Positions 28,930-38,128 of a stretch of 64,000 bases of DNA are shown here, piece after piece. Below the pieces are notes generated by a model. The model made no database searches. It was not told the origin of the DNA and was given only the letters and a program-made list of their open reading frames with translations. This stretch comes from an uncultured Sphingobacteriaceae bacterium (lineage in GTDB: Bacteria > Bacteroidota > Bacteroidia > Sphingobacteriales > Sphingobacteriaceae): NCBI GenBank assembly GCA_964423925.1, contig CAYRGQ010000008.1:3033-67032 (forward strand). Direction: 5' to 3'. Each line of letters opens with the position of its first letter. The first letter of the stretch is position 1. Made by a program: the position numbers and the translations under genes.

Positions 28930-29963
28930 TGAGCAAAATACTTGTGACTGGGGGTACCGGTTACATCGGTTCACACACTGTCGTGGAATTACTAGCAGCT
29001 GGTTACACCCCAGTGATTGTCGACAACTTGTCAAACTCCTCCGCGGGGGTACTAAAGCAAATCACTAAAATCACCGGCGTCGAACCCGAATTCCATCAGT
29101 TTGACTTGGCCGACGACCGCGTCGTGCAAGAATTCGTGGCCCAACATCCGGACCTATCGGGCGTCATTCACTTTGCGGCCTACAAAGCGGTGGGCGAGTC
29201 CGTCGCACAGCCCTTAAAGTATTATCACAATAACTTTTACTCCCTGATCAACCTGCTCAATGCCTACATGGGGCGCCAGGTGAACTTCGTGTTTTCGTCG
29301 AGCTGCACGGTATACGGCCAGCCAGATGTGCTCCCCGTAACCGAATCCGCACCCGTAAAGCGCGCCGAATCGCCCTACGGAAACACCAAACAGATTGCCG
29401 AGGAAATACTGGCCGAAACGGCAGGCGCCTATCCCAATTACAATATCATATCCCTTCGCTACTTCAATCCGGTAGGCGCGCACGCTACCGCGCTCATCGG
29501 TGAATTGCCCATCGGCGTACCCCAAAACCTAGTGCCGTTCATCACACAGTCGGCAATCGGCAAACGTGGCCCTATCACCGTATACGGCAACGACTACGAC
29601 ACACCCGACGGCTCGGCAATACGCGATTACATACACGTTGTCGACTTGGCGAAAGCTCATGTGGCGGCCATCCGGTTGCTCGAAAAAGGCAATCCGACAG
29701 GGAATTATGACGTCTTTAACGTCGGCACAGGCAGGGGAAACTCGGTGCTGGAAGTCATCCGAGCTTTCGAAGAGGCCACGGGTGTCAAGCTCAATTACCA
29801 GATCGGCGAACGCAGGCCCGGCGATATCGAGAAAGTCTGGGGCGACGTTTCGAAGTCGACCGCACAATTAGGCTGGATGGCTGAGCGCGACATCGACGAA
29901 ATGATGCGTTCTGCCTGGCAATGGGAACAATACCTTAAGGAGAACCCCCTAGCGTCCGATTAA
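28929..29963 (+). CDS. galE: UDP-glucose 4-epimerase
   Basis: VTGGTGYIGSHT, YGNTK catalytic motif, 344 aa. TAATG overlap with the upstream gene. Confidence 0.93.
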   Translation: MSKILVTGGTGYIGSHTVVELLAAGYTPVIVDNLSNSSAGVLKQITKITGVEPEFHQFDLADDRVVQEFVAQHPDLSGVIHFAAYKAVGESVAQPLKYYHNNFYSLINLLNAYMGRQVNFVFSSSCTVYGQPDVLPVTESAPVKRAESPYGNTKQIAEEILAETAGAYPNYNIISLRYFNPVGAHATALIGELPIGVPQNLVPFITQSAIGKRGPITVYGNDYDTPDGSAIRDYIHVVDLAKAHVAAIRLLEKGNPTGNYDVFNVGTGRGNSVLEVIRAFEEATGVKLNYQIGERRPGDIEKVWGDVSKSTAQLGWMAERDIDEMMRSAWQWEQYLKENPLASD

Positions 29964-29966
29964 GCG

Positions 29967-30551
29967 ATGTCGCTCAATAAAGATCCCGAACTCAAAAAAG
30001 CCGTACTATCCTTGCCGCAAGGCGAAAAGGATAAACTGTTGGCGCGCTTAGTGGGCAAGGACAAGATGCTGATGAAGCAGCTCAGGTTCAAGCTACTGGA
30101 GGACGAGATTGACCTAGAAGAGCGGATTCTGACCGTACAAAGCCAACTGGAGCAGTTTTTTGACCGGCTACGCGGCTATATCCGACCGGTTAACGAACAC
30201 CGCAATGCGCATTTGTTGCTGGGTGAGTTACGTTATGCAAGCGGAATCATCAATGAGCACGTTACCATCACGAAAGACAAAATGAGCGATGTCCAGCTTC
30301 GGCTGTTTCTGGTATCGCAAAGTTTTTCGCATTTTGGCCGATTATTCGAGCAACACCGATCCGGCCAAAACCGCAAGTTGCTCGAATACCAATCCGGACG
30401 ACTGAAATACATCCTGGGCAAATACGAGAAACTGCATGAGGACTTGCAATTTGAATTCCGGGAGGCTATCAATACGGCATTGGCCACCGCCTACCAATCG
30501 GGCATGGCGCATTATATGCAGGCCTTAGGCCTGCCCAGAGCAGTAGATTAG
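29967..30551 (+). CDS. Hypothetical helical protein (194 aa) embedded in the nucleotide-sugar operon
   Basis: ATG is 3 nt after the galE stop, and the stop is 4 nt before the rfbB ATG. No enzymatic motif or family recognised. Confidence 0.7.
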   Translation: MSLNKDPELKKAVLSLPQGEKDKLLARLVGKDKMLMKQLRFKLLEDEIDLEERILTVQSQLEQFFDRLRGYIRPVNEHRNAHLLLGELRYASGIINEHVTITKDKMSDVQLRLFLVSQSFSHFGRLFEQHRSGQNRKLLEYQSGRLKYILGKYEKLHEDLQFEFREAINTALATAYQSGMAHYMQALGLPRAVD

Positions 30552-30555
30552 AAAA

Positions 30556-31611
30556 ATGAACAAACTTATCATCACGGGCGGCGCGGGATTTATCGGTTCG
30601 CACGTCGTCAGGCGTTTTGTGAACACCTATCCCGGCTACCGCATCATCAACCTAGACAAGCTAACCTATGCGGGCAACTTGGCGAACCTCAAGGACATCG
30701 AAAACAAGCCTAATTACCAATTCGTAAAAGGCGACATCACGGATGCGGCATTTATAAACGCACTGTTCGAAGCCGAGCAACCCGACGCGGTCATTCACCT
30801 GGCTGCCGAATCCCATGTCGACAGGTCGATCAGTAACCCCACGGAGTTTGTAATGACGAACGTGGTAGGAACGGTCAACCTGCTCAACGCAGCGCGCGCG
30901 TCCTGGGTCGGAAAATATGCGGAAAAACGGTTCTACCACGTGTCCACGGATGAAGTCTACGGTGCGCTAGGCGAAACGGGCATGTTTACCGAGGAAACCC
31001 GCTACGACCCGCACTCGCCCTACTCGGCCTCCAAAGCGTCGTCAGATCATTTCGTGCGCGCCTACCACGACACCTACGGGCTGGATGTGGTGATTTCAAA
31101 CTGTTCGAACAACTACGGCTCACACCATTTTCCAGAAAAGCTCATCCCGCTGGCCATCAACAACATCCAGCATAATAAGCCCGTTCCGATTTATGGCAAG
31201 GGTGAAAACGTGCGGGATTGGCTTTGGGTAGAAGACCACGCTCGGGCCATCGACATAATCTTCCATCGCGCCGCCAGCGGTGAGACATACAACGTGGGAG
31301 GGCACAACGAGTGGACGAATATCGATCTGATTCGGTTGTTATGCCGGATTATGGACCGCAAACTGGGCCGGACAGCGGGCGAATCCGAAAAACTGATCAC
31401 CTTTGTGACCGATCGTGCAGGGCACGACCTTCGGTACGCCATCGATGCTTCCAAATTGAAGAATGACTTGGGCTGGGAACCAAGCCTACAATTTGAGGAA
31501 GGATTGGAGAAAACCGTGGATTGGTACCTCAATAACCAGGAATGGCTTGCAAACGTCACCTCGGGCCAGTACCAACAGTATTATGCCGAGCAATACGGGC
31601 GCGAGCGATGA
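30556..31611 (+). CDS. rfbB: dTDP-glucose 4,6-dehydratase
   Basis: ITGGAGFIGSH, YSASKASSDH catalytic motif, 351 aa. Confidence 0.95.
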   Translation: MNKLIITGGAGFIGSHVVRRFVNTYPGYRIINLDKLTYAGNLANLKDIENKPNYQFVKGDITDAAFINALFEAEQPDAVIHLAAESHVDRSISNPTEFVMTNVVGTVNLLNAARASWVGKYAEKRFYHVSTDEVYGALGETGMFTEETRYDPHSPYSASKASSDHFVRAYHDTYGLDVVISNCSNNYGSHHFPEKLIPLAINNIQHNKPVPIYGKGENVRDWLWVEDHARAIDIIFHRAASGETYNVGGHNEWTNIDLIRLLCRIMDRKLGRTAGESEKLITFVTDRAGHDLRYAIDASKLKNDLGWEPSLQFEEGLEKTVDWYLNNQEWLANVTSGQYQQYYAEQYGRER

Positions 31612-32047
31612 ACATCGTGCCTGCCGCGTTTGAGCATATTCAAGCGCCGTATCGATCCATTTGAAAAACCGGGGATGGCGCGCCCCAGCCACCCCACATC
31701 AACCTAGAGAAATTATTATTCAGGCGTTCATGGAGCTTTATTAGCGCTTTTCACGATTGTGGCTAGTCGCAGTCACGCCAACCACGCACCCCTGCATTGT
31801 GCCCGTCATCCATGCAAAAACGGACAGTGCATGATCGCGTTGCCAAGCGGGTACTAAGATGCGACGACGGCTTTTTAGCCGGTACACATGGCAAACGTCA
31901 CGCTTGTAAACGGGTGGGATATTGGGGCTTTTTTGATTTTTGGCGTGTTTGTTGGAGCGTTATCCGTACACGTGTAGCGAATTTGTAATACATCTCGTTA
32001 AACTGCTAAAATTAAGTCCTTGCTGAACGAATAAAAACGGATCCAAC

Positions 32048-33094
32048 ATGATACAGCATTTCGAAGGAAAAACAATCGTATTAGGTGCACCTACAGACTT
32101 TAATTTTTCAGGAATCATCGAGCAGGAATTACGACACTTGGGCTTTAACGTAGTGAGTATATCCTACAGCCGGGCCGGTTTCAAATATAAAAACATCTTC
32201 CAGCGCCTAGAGAGCTTCTTTCATAAGAATTTCCTAGGCCATCGCGACTATAAGCAACGGCTTTGCACCAAACATGTCGAAGAGCTAACGATGAGCCGGC
32301 TGGAAAAAGTCCCGTATGCGGATTATGCGCTATTAATCAGGCCTGACCAGTACAGCGAGCAGGTAGTGAATAAAATCAAGCGCATTGCCTACAATGTGTG
32401 TGCATACCAGTGGGATGGCCTAGAGCGTTTTCCGGCCGTAAAGAAATATATCGACTGGTTTGACCATTTCTTCGTTTTCGACCCAAAGGATATTTCGGAT
32501 CACCCCAACGTGCGCCCGATTACTAATTTTTACACGGAATCATTTCAGCCTTACTACGACCCCGAAAGCCGTTCGGATGCGTATTACTTGGGCACATACA
32601 TTCGCGACCGTGCAAGCGAGGTGGAGGACATCCTGACAACGCTGCAATCGCTGGGACTCAATGTCAAACACCATATTTGCTATCGTGGATCTGACACCCG
32701 CAAATTCAGGCAACTGGACACCACGCGCGACTTACTGACCTATTGGCAAAACCTGCATTTTGCGTACAATACAAACCTGCTCATCGATGTGTCCAACCAT
32801 GTGCACAAAGGGCTTTCATTTCGTACGTTCGAAGCCCTTGGCTTCGGCAAAAAGCTGATCACGACCAATCCCGATGTGCGCCAGTACGATTTCTATCACC
32901 CCAATAACATCTTGGTGTGGGGCGGCCACGACCGATCGGAGATAGAAGCCTTTTTGCGCACTCCTTATATGCCCGTTGCTCAGGAAATTCGAGAAAAATA
33001 CAGCTTTTCCAACTGGATAAGTTACGTACTTAGCGGCCAAGAGTGTCAGGCTATCAAGTTGCCAACGCCAGAATTAGTACCCCAACTGGCTTAG
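32048..33094 (+). CDS. CgeB-like / Glyco_trans_1_2-type glycosyltransferase-like protein
   Basis: C-terminal KGLSFRTFEALGFGKKLITTN resembles the GT-B C-terminal donor-binding region of the CgeB family. The rest is unrecognised. Visibly more AT-rich than its neighbours. Confidence 0.5.
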   Translation: MIQHFEGKTIVLGAPTDFNFSGIIEQELRHLGFNVVSISYSRAGFKYKNIFQRLESFFHKNFLGHRDYKQRLCTKHVEELTMSRLEKVPYADYALLIRPDQYSEQVVNKIKRIAYNVCAYQWDGLERFPAVKKYIDWFDHFFVFDPKDISDHPNVRPITNFYTESFQPYYDPESRSDAYYLGTYIRDRASEVEDILTTLQSLGLNVKHHICYRGSDTRKFRQLDTTRDLLTYWQNLHFAYNTNLLIDVSNHVHKGLSFRTFEALGFGKKLITTNPDVRQYDFYHPNNILVWGGHDRSEIEAFLRTPYMPVAQEIREKYSFSNWISYVLSGQECQAIKLPTPELVPQLA

Positions 33095-33147
33095 CCGGTT
33101 TTGGAGTATCCAAAAAAGGCCCGTCAACCCGACCCCTTCTCCTTCTC

Positions 33148-34143
33148 ATGGCAGCCCAACAGCAGAAACACATCCTCGTAGGCACGCATCATCTGGAGCA
33201 GGTCGGCGGGTCGGAGTTGTACACGGTAGACCTACTCAAAGCGCTGCAGCGGCGCGGCGACGTCACGGTCGAATATTTTGCATTGCAGCGCGGAAAACTC
33301 GCCCAATATATCGAACAATCTCTCGGCATCCGCTACAAATCCCGGACCCGCTACGACCTCATCCTCGCCTCCCACAATGTGGTCGTGGACGCACTGCGCA
33401 AACACGGGCAGATCGTACAAATTTGCCACGGCACCATCCCTCCGCTTGAGCAGCCATCGTTGTATGCAGACCTACACGTGGGAATCAGTGAGGAAGTATG
33501 CGGCCACTTGGCCCGACTTGGGTATCCAAGCCGACTGGTATTAAATGGGTTGGACCTCCAGCAGAAGAGACCCATGCATGCCATAAACCCAACACTCCGT
33601 ACCGTGCTGTCACTTTGCCAAAGCGAGCAAGCAAATGATATGCTCGGGCGGGTGTGCGAACGGGCGGGCGTGGCACTCATCCGCCACAATAAACACAGGA
33701 ACCCGACGTTCAATATCGAACATGAGATCAACCAGGCCGATATGGTCGTCGGCATCGGCCGCTCAGTATACGATGCCATGGCCTGCGGCAGACCCTGCAT
33801 TGTGTTCGACTGGCGCGACTACAACGGGCACAAAGGCGACGGCTACCTCCATCCCGATCTGTTCGAGGTGTATGTGCGGACCAATTGCTCGGGTCGCTCT
33901 CGACATTTGGCATTCGACGAGGATCAACTGTTGGCAGAATTTGCGAAGTACGACCCGGCGGACGGGGCCAAACTACGCCAGCTTGCCGAAGCCCGGCTGA
34001 ACGTGGACATCACCTGCGACGTTCTCCTACGAATGCCGCGCTATATCGGTGTGAGAATGCGGTATCGAAAAAAGATTCGCGTGTTAAGACATCGCGTGCG
34101 CCGCCTTAAACGGTCTGTCCGCAGGCGGTTGGGCAAGCTGTAA
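33148..34143 (+). CDS. GT-B (GT4-like) glycosyltransferase with Arg-rich C-terminal tail
   Basis: GGSELYTVDLLKAL N-terminal motif, GIGRSVYDAMACGRPCIVF in the C-domain. I prefer ATG 33148, because the 33043 start overlaps the upstream gene. Confidence 0.6.
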   Translation: MAAQQQKHILVGTHHLEQVGGSELYTVDLLKALQRRGDVTVEYFALQRGKLAQYIEQSLGIRYKSRTRYDLILASHNVVVDALRKHGQIVQICHGTIPPLEQPSLYADLHVGISEEVCGHLARLGYPSRLVLNGLDLQQKRPMHAINPTLRTVLSLCQSEQANDMLGRVCERAGVALIRHNKHRNPTFNIEHEINQADMVVGIGRSVYDAMACGRPCIVFDWRDYNGHKGDGYLHPDLFEVYVRTNCSGRSRHLAFDEDQLLAEFAKYDPADGAKLRQLAEARLNVDITCDVLLRMPRYIGVRMRYRKKIRVLRHRVRRLKRSVRRRLGKL

Positions 34144-34190
34144 TCACCCATTGCCGCAAAGCCGACAAACGTGCCAGCTTTCAAACAAAA

Positions 34191-34214
34191 AAAGCCCGGC
34201 TTCAGCCGGGCTTT
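34191..34214. terminator. Bidirectional intrinsic terminator between the GT gene and pyk
   Basis: Perfect 10-bp stem AAAGCCCGGC-TTCA-GCCGGGCTTT, flanked by an A-run and a T-run. Confidence 0.85.
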
Positions 34215-34246
34215 GTAAGTAAAGAACGTTTGGTAGTCGCCGAGGA

Positions 34247-35677
34247 CTACTCCATGATGGTGATTTTGATCGTATTGGTTTTGCCTTTCAGGTGGAGCGG
34301 CGTGGAGGCCGTATTGATTACCACCTCTCCCGGGCTTACCAACTGCTTCTCGCGCAATACGCGGTTGACGTCGTTGATGCTACCATCGGTGCTTTCAAAC
34401 TTATCGTAGAAAAAGGTCTTAACCCCCCACAACAAGCTCAGCGTGTTAAGCAAGCGCCTATTGCCCGTAAAAATATAAATGTCGGCATCGGGACGGTAGC
34501 TGGATATCTCAAACGCCGTGTACCCCGAGGAAGTCATCGCCACGATCGCCGACGCGTTGGCCTTTTCTGCCAAATAGATGGACGAGCTGCATATAGCGTC
34601 GGGAATCATCGATTCTTCTACATATTCCGCTTTCTTAGCAATGTAATAGGGATAGGACGTACGTTCCACGTGCACGATAATCTTGCTCATCGTCTCGATG
34701 ACAATCTCGGGGAATTCGCCCACTGATGTTTCGCCGCTGAGCATCACCGCATCCGCCCCGTCCAATACGGAGTTAGCCACGTCGTTAACTTCGGCGCGTG
34801 TTGGGCGCGGCGTCGTAATCATGCTTTCCAGCATTTGCGTCGCAATGATAACTGGCTTGGCCGCATTACGGCATTTTTTCACAATCATCTTCTGCAATAC
34901 CGGAACGTCCTCCATTGGCATTTCCACGCCTAGGTCGCCACGAGCCACCATAATGCCGTCCGTAGCGGCAATGATTGCATCGATATTGTCAATCGCCTCA
35001 GGTTTTTCGATCTTGGCAATAACGCGGGCATCTTTCCCCTTCGCTTTAATGATTTCCTTAAGCCGGATGATATCTTCGGCCTTGCGCACGAAGGACATAC
35101 CGATCCACTCGATATCGTGTTCCAGTACGAACTCAAGGTTAACTAAGTCCTCGTCCGTCAAACTGGGGATGGACACATTAGTATTCGGCAAGTTAACGCC
35201 TTTTCGTGAGGTCAACACGCCACCATGTACCACTTCGCAGGTGACGGTGTCCTGCCGGTTGGTAGCCAACACCTTGAGTTGGATCTTACCATCGTCCAAT
35301 AAGATAATTTCGCCCTCGGCCACGTCTTGTGGAAAGGTCTCGTAGGTAATATAAATCTGCTTTTCGTCGCCGATCAGCTCCTTGGTGGTGATTTCCACCT
35401 GGGTTCCATTCAAAAGTACGGCACCCCCTTCCTTCATCTTGCCGATACGGATTTTCGGACCCTGAAGGTCGGCCAACATGCCCACATTGATGTTGTACTC
35501 CTTGTTGATTTCCTTGATGGTATTGATTACCTTCAAGTGATCTTCGTGGCTGCCATGCGAGAAGTTGAGGCGGCATACGTCCACACCTTTCGCAATCATG
35601 CTTGCCAATACTTCCTTCTTAGCCGAAGCCGGGCCCAAGGTGGCCACGATTTTTGTTCGCTTCTGGACTTTTTCCAT
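34247..35677 (-). CDS. pyk: Pyruvate kinase
   Basis: KIVATLGPAS, MVARGDLGVE motifs. 476 aa. Confidence 0.97.
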   Translation of the reverse strand: MEKVQKRTKIVATLGPASAKKEVLASMIAKGVDVCRLNFSHGSHEDHLKVINTIKEINKEYNINVGMLADLQGPKIRIGKMKEGGAVLLNGTQVEITTKELIGDEKQIYITYETFPQDVAEGEIILLDDGKIQLKVLATNRQDTVTCEVVHGGVLTSRKGVNLPNTNVSIPSLTDEDLVNLEFVLEHDIEWIGMSFVRKAEDIIRLKEIIKAKGKDARVIAKIEKPEAIDNIDAIIAATDGIMVARGDLGVEMPMEDVPVLQKMIVKKCRNAAKPVIIATQMLESMITTPRPTRAEVNDVANSVLDGADAVMLSGETSVGEFPEIVIETMSKIIVHVERTSYPYYIAKKAEYVEESMIPDAICSSSIYLAEKANASAIVAMTSSGYTAFEISSYRPDADIYIFTGNRRLLNTLSLLWGVKTFFYDKFESTDGSINDVNRVLREKQLVSPGEVVINTASTPLHLKGKTNTIKITIME

Positions 35678-35751
35678 GTATTTGTAAATTATCTGTTAAT
35701 GTCTTATTCGCGTGCCCTGTGCTGGCATCCTGCCCTATCCCGGGCTGGCCG

Positions 35752-35759
35752 CAAAGATA
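35752..35759 (-). promoter_or_regulatory. Candidate -7 box (TATCTTTG on minus strand) for pyk
   Basis: Exact TAnnTTTG match, 75 nt upstream of ATG 35677. Confidence 0.3.
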
Positions 35760-35792
35760 GGTGTACTTTCTACACAATGGCGACTTTTTGTG

Positions 35793-36215
35793 TTAAAAAA
35801 TTAGATTCTCCTTCGATTTTAGCTTTTCGGGCAGGATTTCTCCGGCCACCAACACGTCGGCAATCGCATTAAGCTGTTCGTCCAGCGCTTGCAGATCGCT
35901 ATCGTCAATAAAGTTTTTGATAATGAGAAAGTAATCCGTCTGTCGCATCTCGGGGATAAGCCACCCTCCATCGTATCCCCGATTAGCGATCAGGTAAAAC
36001 TCCGTTTCGTAATCTTCGCTCAGATAGGCATATTTGCTGAAGTAGGATGGTACATCGGCATTTGCGGTCAACACCTCGTGGTCGTCCGTTTTACCCAATC
36101 TCAATCCCGTATTCTTATTGATAAAATGACAAAGGCGATAATCTTTCAAAGGGCTCGATATCGCTATCAACACGAAGTCTAAATCTAATTCGTATTTTAA
36201 GATGAACTTGTTCAA
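35793..36215 (-). CDS. Conserved Bacteroidetes hypothetical protein (IPExxxVDY-like motif), TTG start
   Basis: LIPEMRQTDYFLI matches the IPExxxVDY family signature as I recall it. The only in-frame start is TTG 36215. Confidence 0.6.
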   Translation of the reverse strand: MNKFILKYELDLDFVLIAISSPLKDYRLCHFINKNTGLRLGKTDDHEVLTANADVPSYFSKYAYLSEDYETEFYLIANRGYDGGWLIPEMRQTDYFLIIKNFIDDSDLQALDEQLNAIADVLVAGEILPEKLKSKENLIF

Positions 36216-36241
36216 AAAAACGAGTCAAAATTTGTGTTTCA

Positions 36242-36249
36242 CAAACTTA
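36242..36249 (-). promoter_or_regulatory. Candidate -7 box (TAAGTTTG on minus strand)
   Basis: Exact TAnnTTTG match, 27 nt upstream of the TTG start at 36215. Confidence 0.3.
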
Positions 36250-36371
36250 GCCATTTTTTCTCACACGTAGCGTGGGGCGACCGCATGTTTTCTAACAATA
36301 CCGTTAGCTAACGTATTTCTCTCGGCGTGCGCTCCTCGATGATTGCGGGAAAGACCGGGCAACAGCCGCTC

Positions 36372-37019
36372 TTATCCTTTTCCAAACACACGCGTGTTCG
36401 CCTTGTCGAGTTCCTCGACGGAAATACTATGCGGTTTACCCGGGTAAATGTCGACCGTCAGGGACGCTCCTAATTCGGCCATAATGGATTCGGTTTCCCG
36501 AATACGATGCAAGGGCACATGCGGATCGTCATCGCCCGCACTGATTAACACCGGCGTGCCGCTAAAATTGCCTTTGTAGAGGCTCCTATCTAGCGACCCG
36601 CCTATCAGCCCTCCGGTGAAGGCTACCACGCCACCATAGGGCCGGGCGTGCCGGGTGGCGTACTCCAATGCCAAGCAAGCGCCCTGCGAGAACCCCAGGA
36701 AATAAATCCGTTCGTGTGCGATTTCCATTGCGACAGCCTCCTTGACCGCTTGGTCGACTAACGCAATAGCTGATTCGAAGGCCGGTTGGTTTTGCGCGGT
36801 TGGAGCCATAAAGCTATACGGATACCAGCTATTATTTGTAGCCTGCGGAGCCAGCAGGACGGCGTCGCCACCGACATGAAGATGTTGCTGCAACGCGAGT
36901 ATGTTCGCAGCCGTACTGCCCCGCCCATGCAACATAATGACGGCTTTCGACGCCCGCTCCATGGACGCCGATCGCCGCTCGATTTGTATATCGTGGGTAT
37001 AAGCCATTTTCTTTTCCAT
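36372..37019 (-). CDS. Phospholipase/carboxylesterase-family alpha/beta hydrolase (MhqD-like)
   Basis: GFSQGA nucleophile elbow, HGRGS oxyanion region. Its start abuts the stop of the upstream dioxygenase. Confidence 0.85.
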   Translation of the reverse strand: MEKKMAYTHDIQIERRSASMERASKAVIMLHGRGSTAANILALQQHLHVGGDAVLLAPQATNNSWYPYSFMAPTAQNQPAFESAIALVDQAVKEAVAMEIAHERIYFLGFSQGACLALEYATRHARPYGGVVAFTGGLIGGSLDRSLYKGNFSGTPVLISAGDDDPHVPLHRIRETESIMAELGASLTVDIYPGKPHSISVEELDKANTRVFGKG

Positions 37020-37958
37020 TTAGCCCAATACGGGCAATACTTGTTCGATTTGTTCTCGGCTGGCTTGGTATTGCGAGGGCAGTTTCAGGCCGCTTCCCAA
37101 TTCGTCGACTGATTCGTCGGTGGTAAACCCGGGATTGTCCGTCGCTATTTCGAACAGCACGCCGCCCGGCTCCCTGAAATAAAGCGAATAGAAATAATTG
37201 CGGTCGATCTTTTCGGTAATTTGCAGTCCTCGCGACACGATTTGGTCCCTGAAATACATCAACGAAGCCTCGTCCTTAACCCGAAACGCAACATGGTGTA
37301 CAGATCCGCCCGCCACATGGCCGCGTTCTTCGCCGAGGGCTTCTACAAGGTCAATAATTGCCGCATGTTCTACTGCATTCGTCACGAAACGAAAGCGATT
37401 GACGTGCTGTTCAGCCAATGTGTAGCCAAAAACCTCCGTCAAGATTGCCGCTGTTGCGTCCTTGTTTTTGGTCGTAATCGTCACGTGGTGAAAACCGCGG
37501 ATGGCATAATCGGCCGATACTTCAGGAGTCGTCCATGGCTTGCGCTTGTCGGCCTTTTTAGGAACCGTCAGTTCGATTTTCAAGCCATCCCTGTCTAGGA
37601 AGGTGAGGTATTGCTCCCCGAACTTCTCAGCGGGTTTATTATAGATCACATTGTTCTCCTCTAGGCGACGCAACCAGAAATCAAGGCTGCCCTCGGGTAC
37701 CGCGTAGCCCACTTCCGTAACTTGCCCGGTTCCCCGCTTGCCTAGGCGCACACGGTCGCCCCAAGGGAAAAAGGTCATGATCGTACCCGGCGTCCCTACC
37801 TCATTGCCAAAATAGAAATGATAGGTCTGGGGGTCGTCGAAATTAACCGTCTTCTTGACGAGCCGTTGGCTCAATACGCGCGTATAGAAGTCGTAGTTTT
37901 TGACCGCGTTTCCCGCAATGGCGGTAACGTGGTGGATGCCCAAGATTTTGTTGTCCAT
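37020..37958 (-). CDS. Ring-cleaving dioxygenase, VOC/glyoxalase superfamily (MhqO/MhqE-like)
   Basis: Two VOC modules (GIHHVTAIAG, GFHHVTITT, VHHVAFRV). 312 aa. Confidence 0.85.
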   Translation of the reverse strand: MDNKILGIHHVTAIAGNAVKNYDFYTRVLSQRLVKKTVNFDDPQTYHFYFGNEVGTPGTIMTFFPWGDRVRLGKRGTGQVTEVGYAVPEGSLDFWLRRLEENNVIYNKPAEKFGEQYLTFLDRDGLKIELTVPKKADKRKPWTTPEVSADYAIRGFHHVTITTKNKDATAAILTEVFGYTLAEQHVNRFRFVTNAVEHAAIIDLVEALGEERGHVAGGSVHHVAFRVKDEASLMYFRDQIVSRGLQITEKIDRNYFYSLYFREPGGVLFEIATDNPGFTTDESVDELGSGLKLPSQYQASREQIEQVLPVLG

Positions 37959-38063
37959 GATATGTTCCTCTCCTTATACCAACAAAGGTAGGAAACCATG
38001 GTTTGCCACACATTGACCTAAGTTAAGAAGGCCCTCAGGGTTTCGCTCCCGACAACAGCCCAC

Positions 38064-38099
38064 AAAAAACCCCCGATGCCAACAAATGGAATCGGGGGT
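38064..38099 (-). terminator. Intrinsic terminator after the PDH E2 gene
   Basis: 9-bp stem ACCCCCGAT/ATCGGGGGT followed by T6 on the minus strand. Confidence 0.8.
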
Positions 38100-38128
38100 T
38101 ATTAGGGTTATGCCCAGAAGCAAGTCGT

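Noticed and set aside
31797-31988. A 63-aa ORF in the gap after rfbB. I also hand-translated the other plus-strand frames only for the first ~100 nt after the rfbB stop (about 31612-31710), looking for rfbA/rfbC remnants.
   Set aside because: The translation is Cys/Arg/Trp-rich and unrecognisable. I saw no rfb-like peptide stretches in the portion I translated; most of the gap and the minus strand were not checked. Only a TBLASTX search could settle this.
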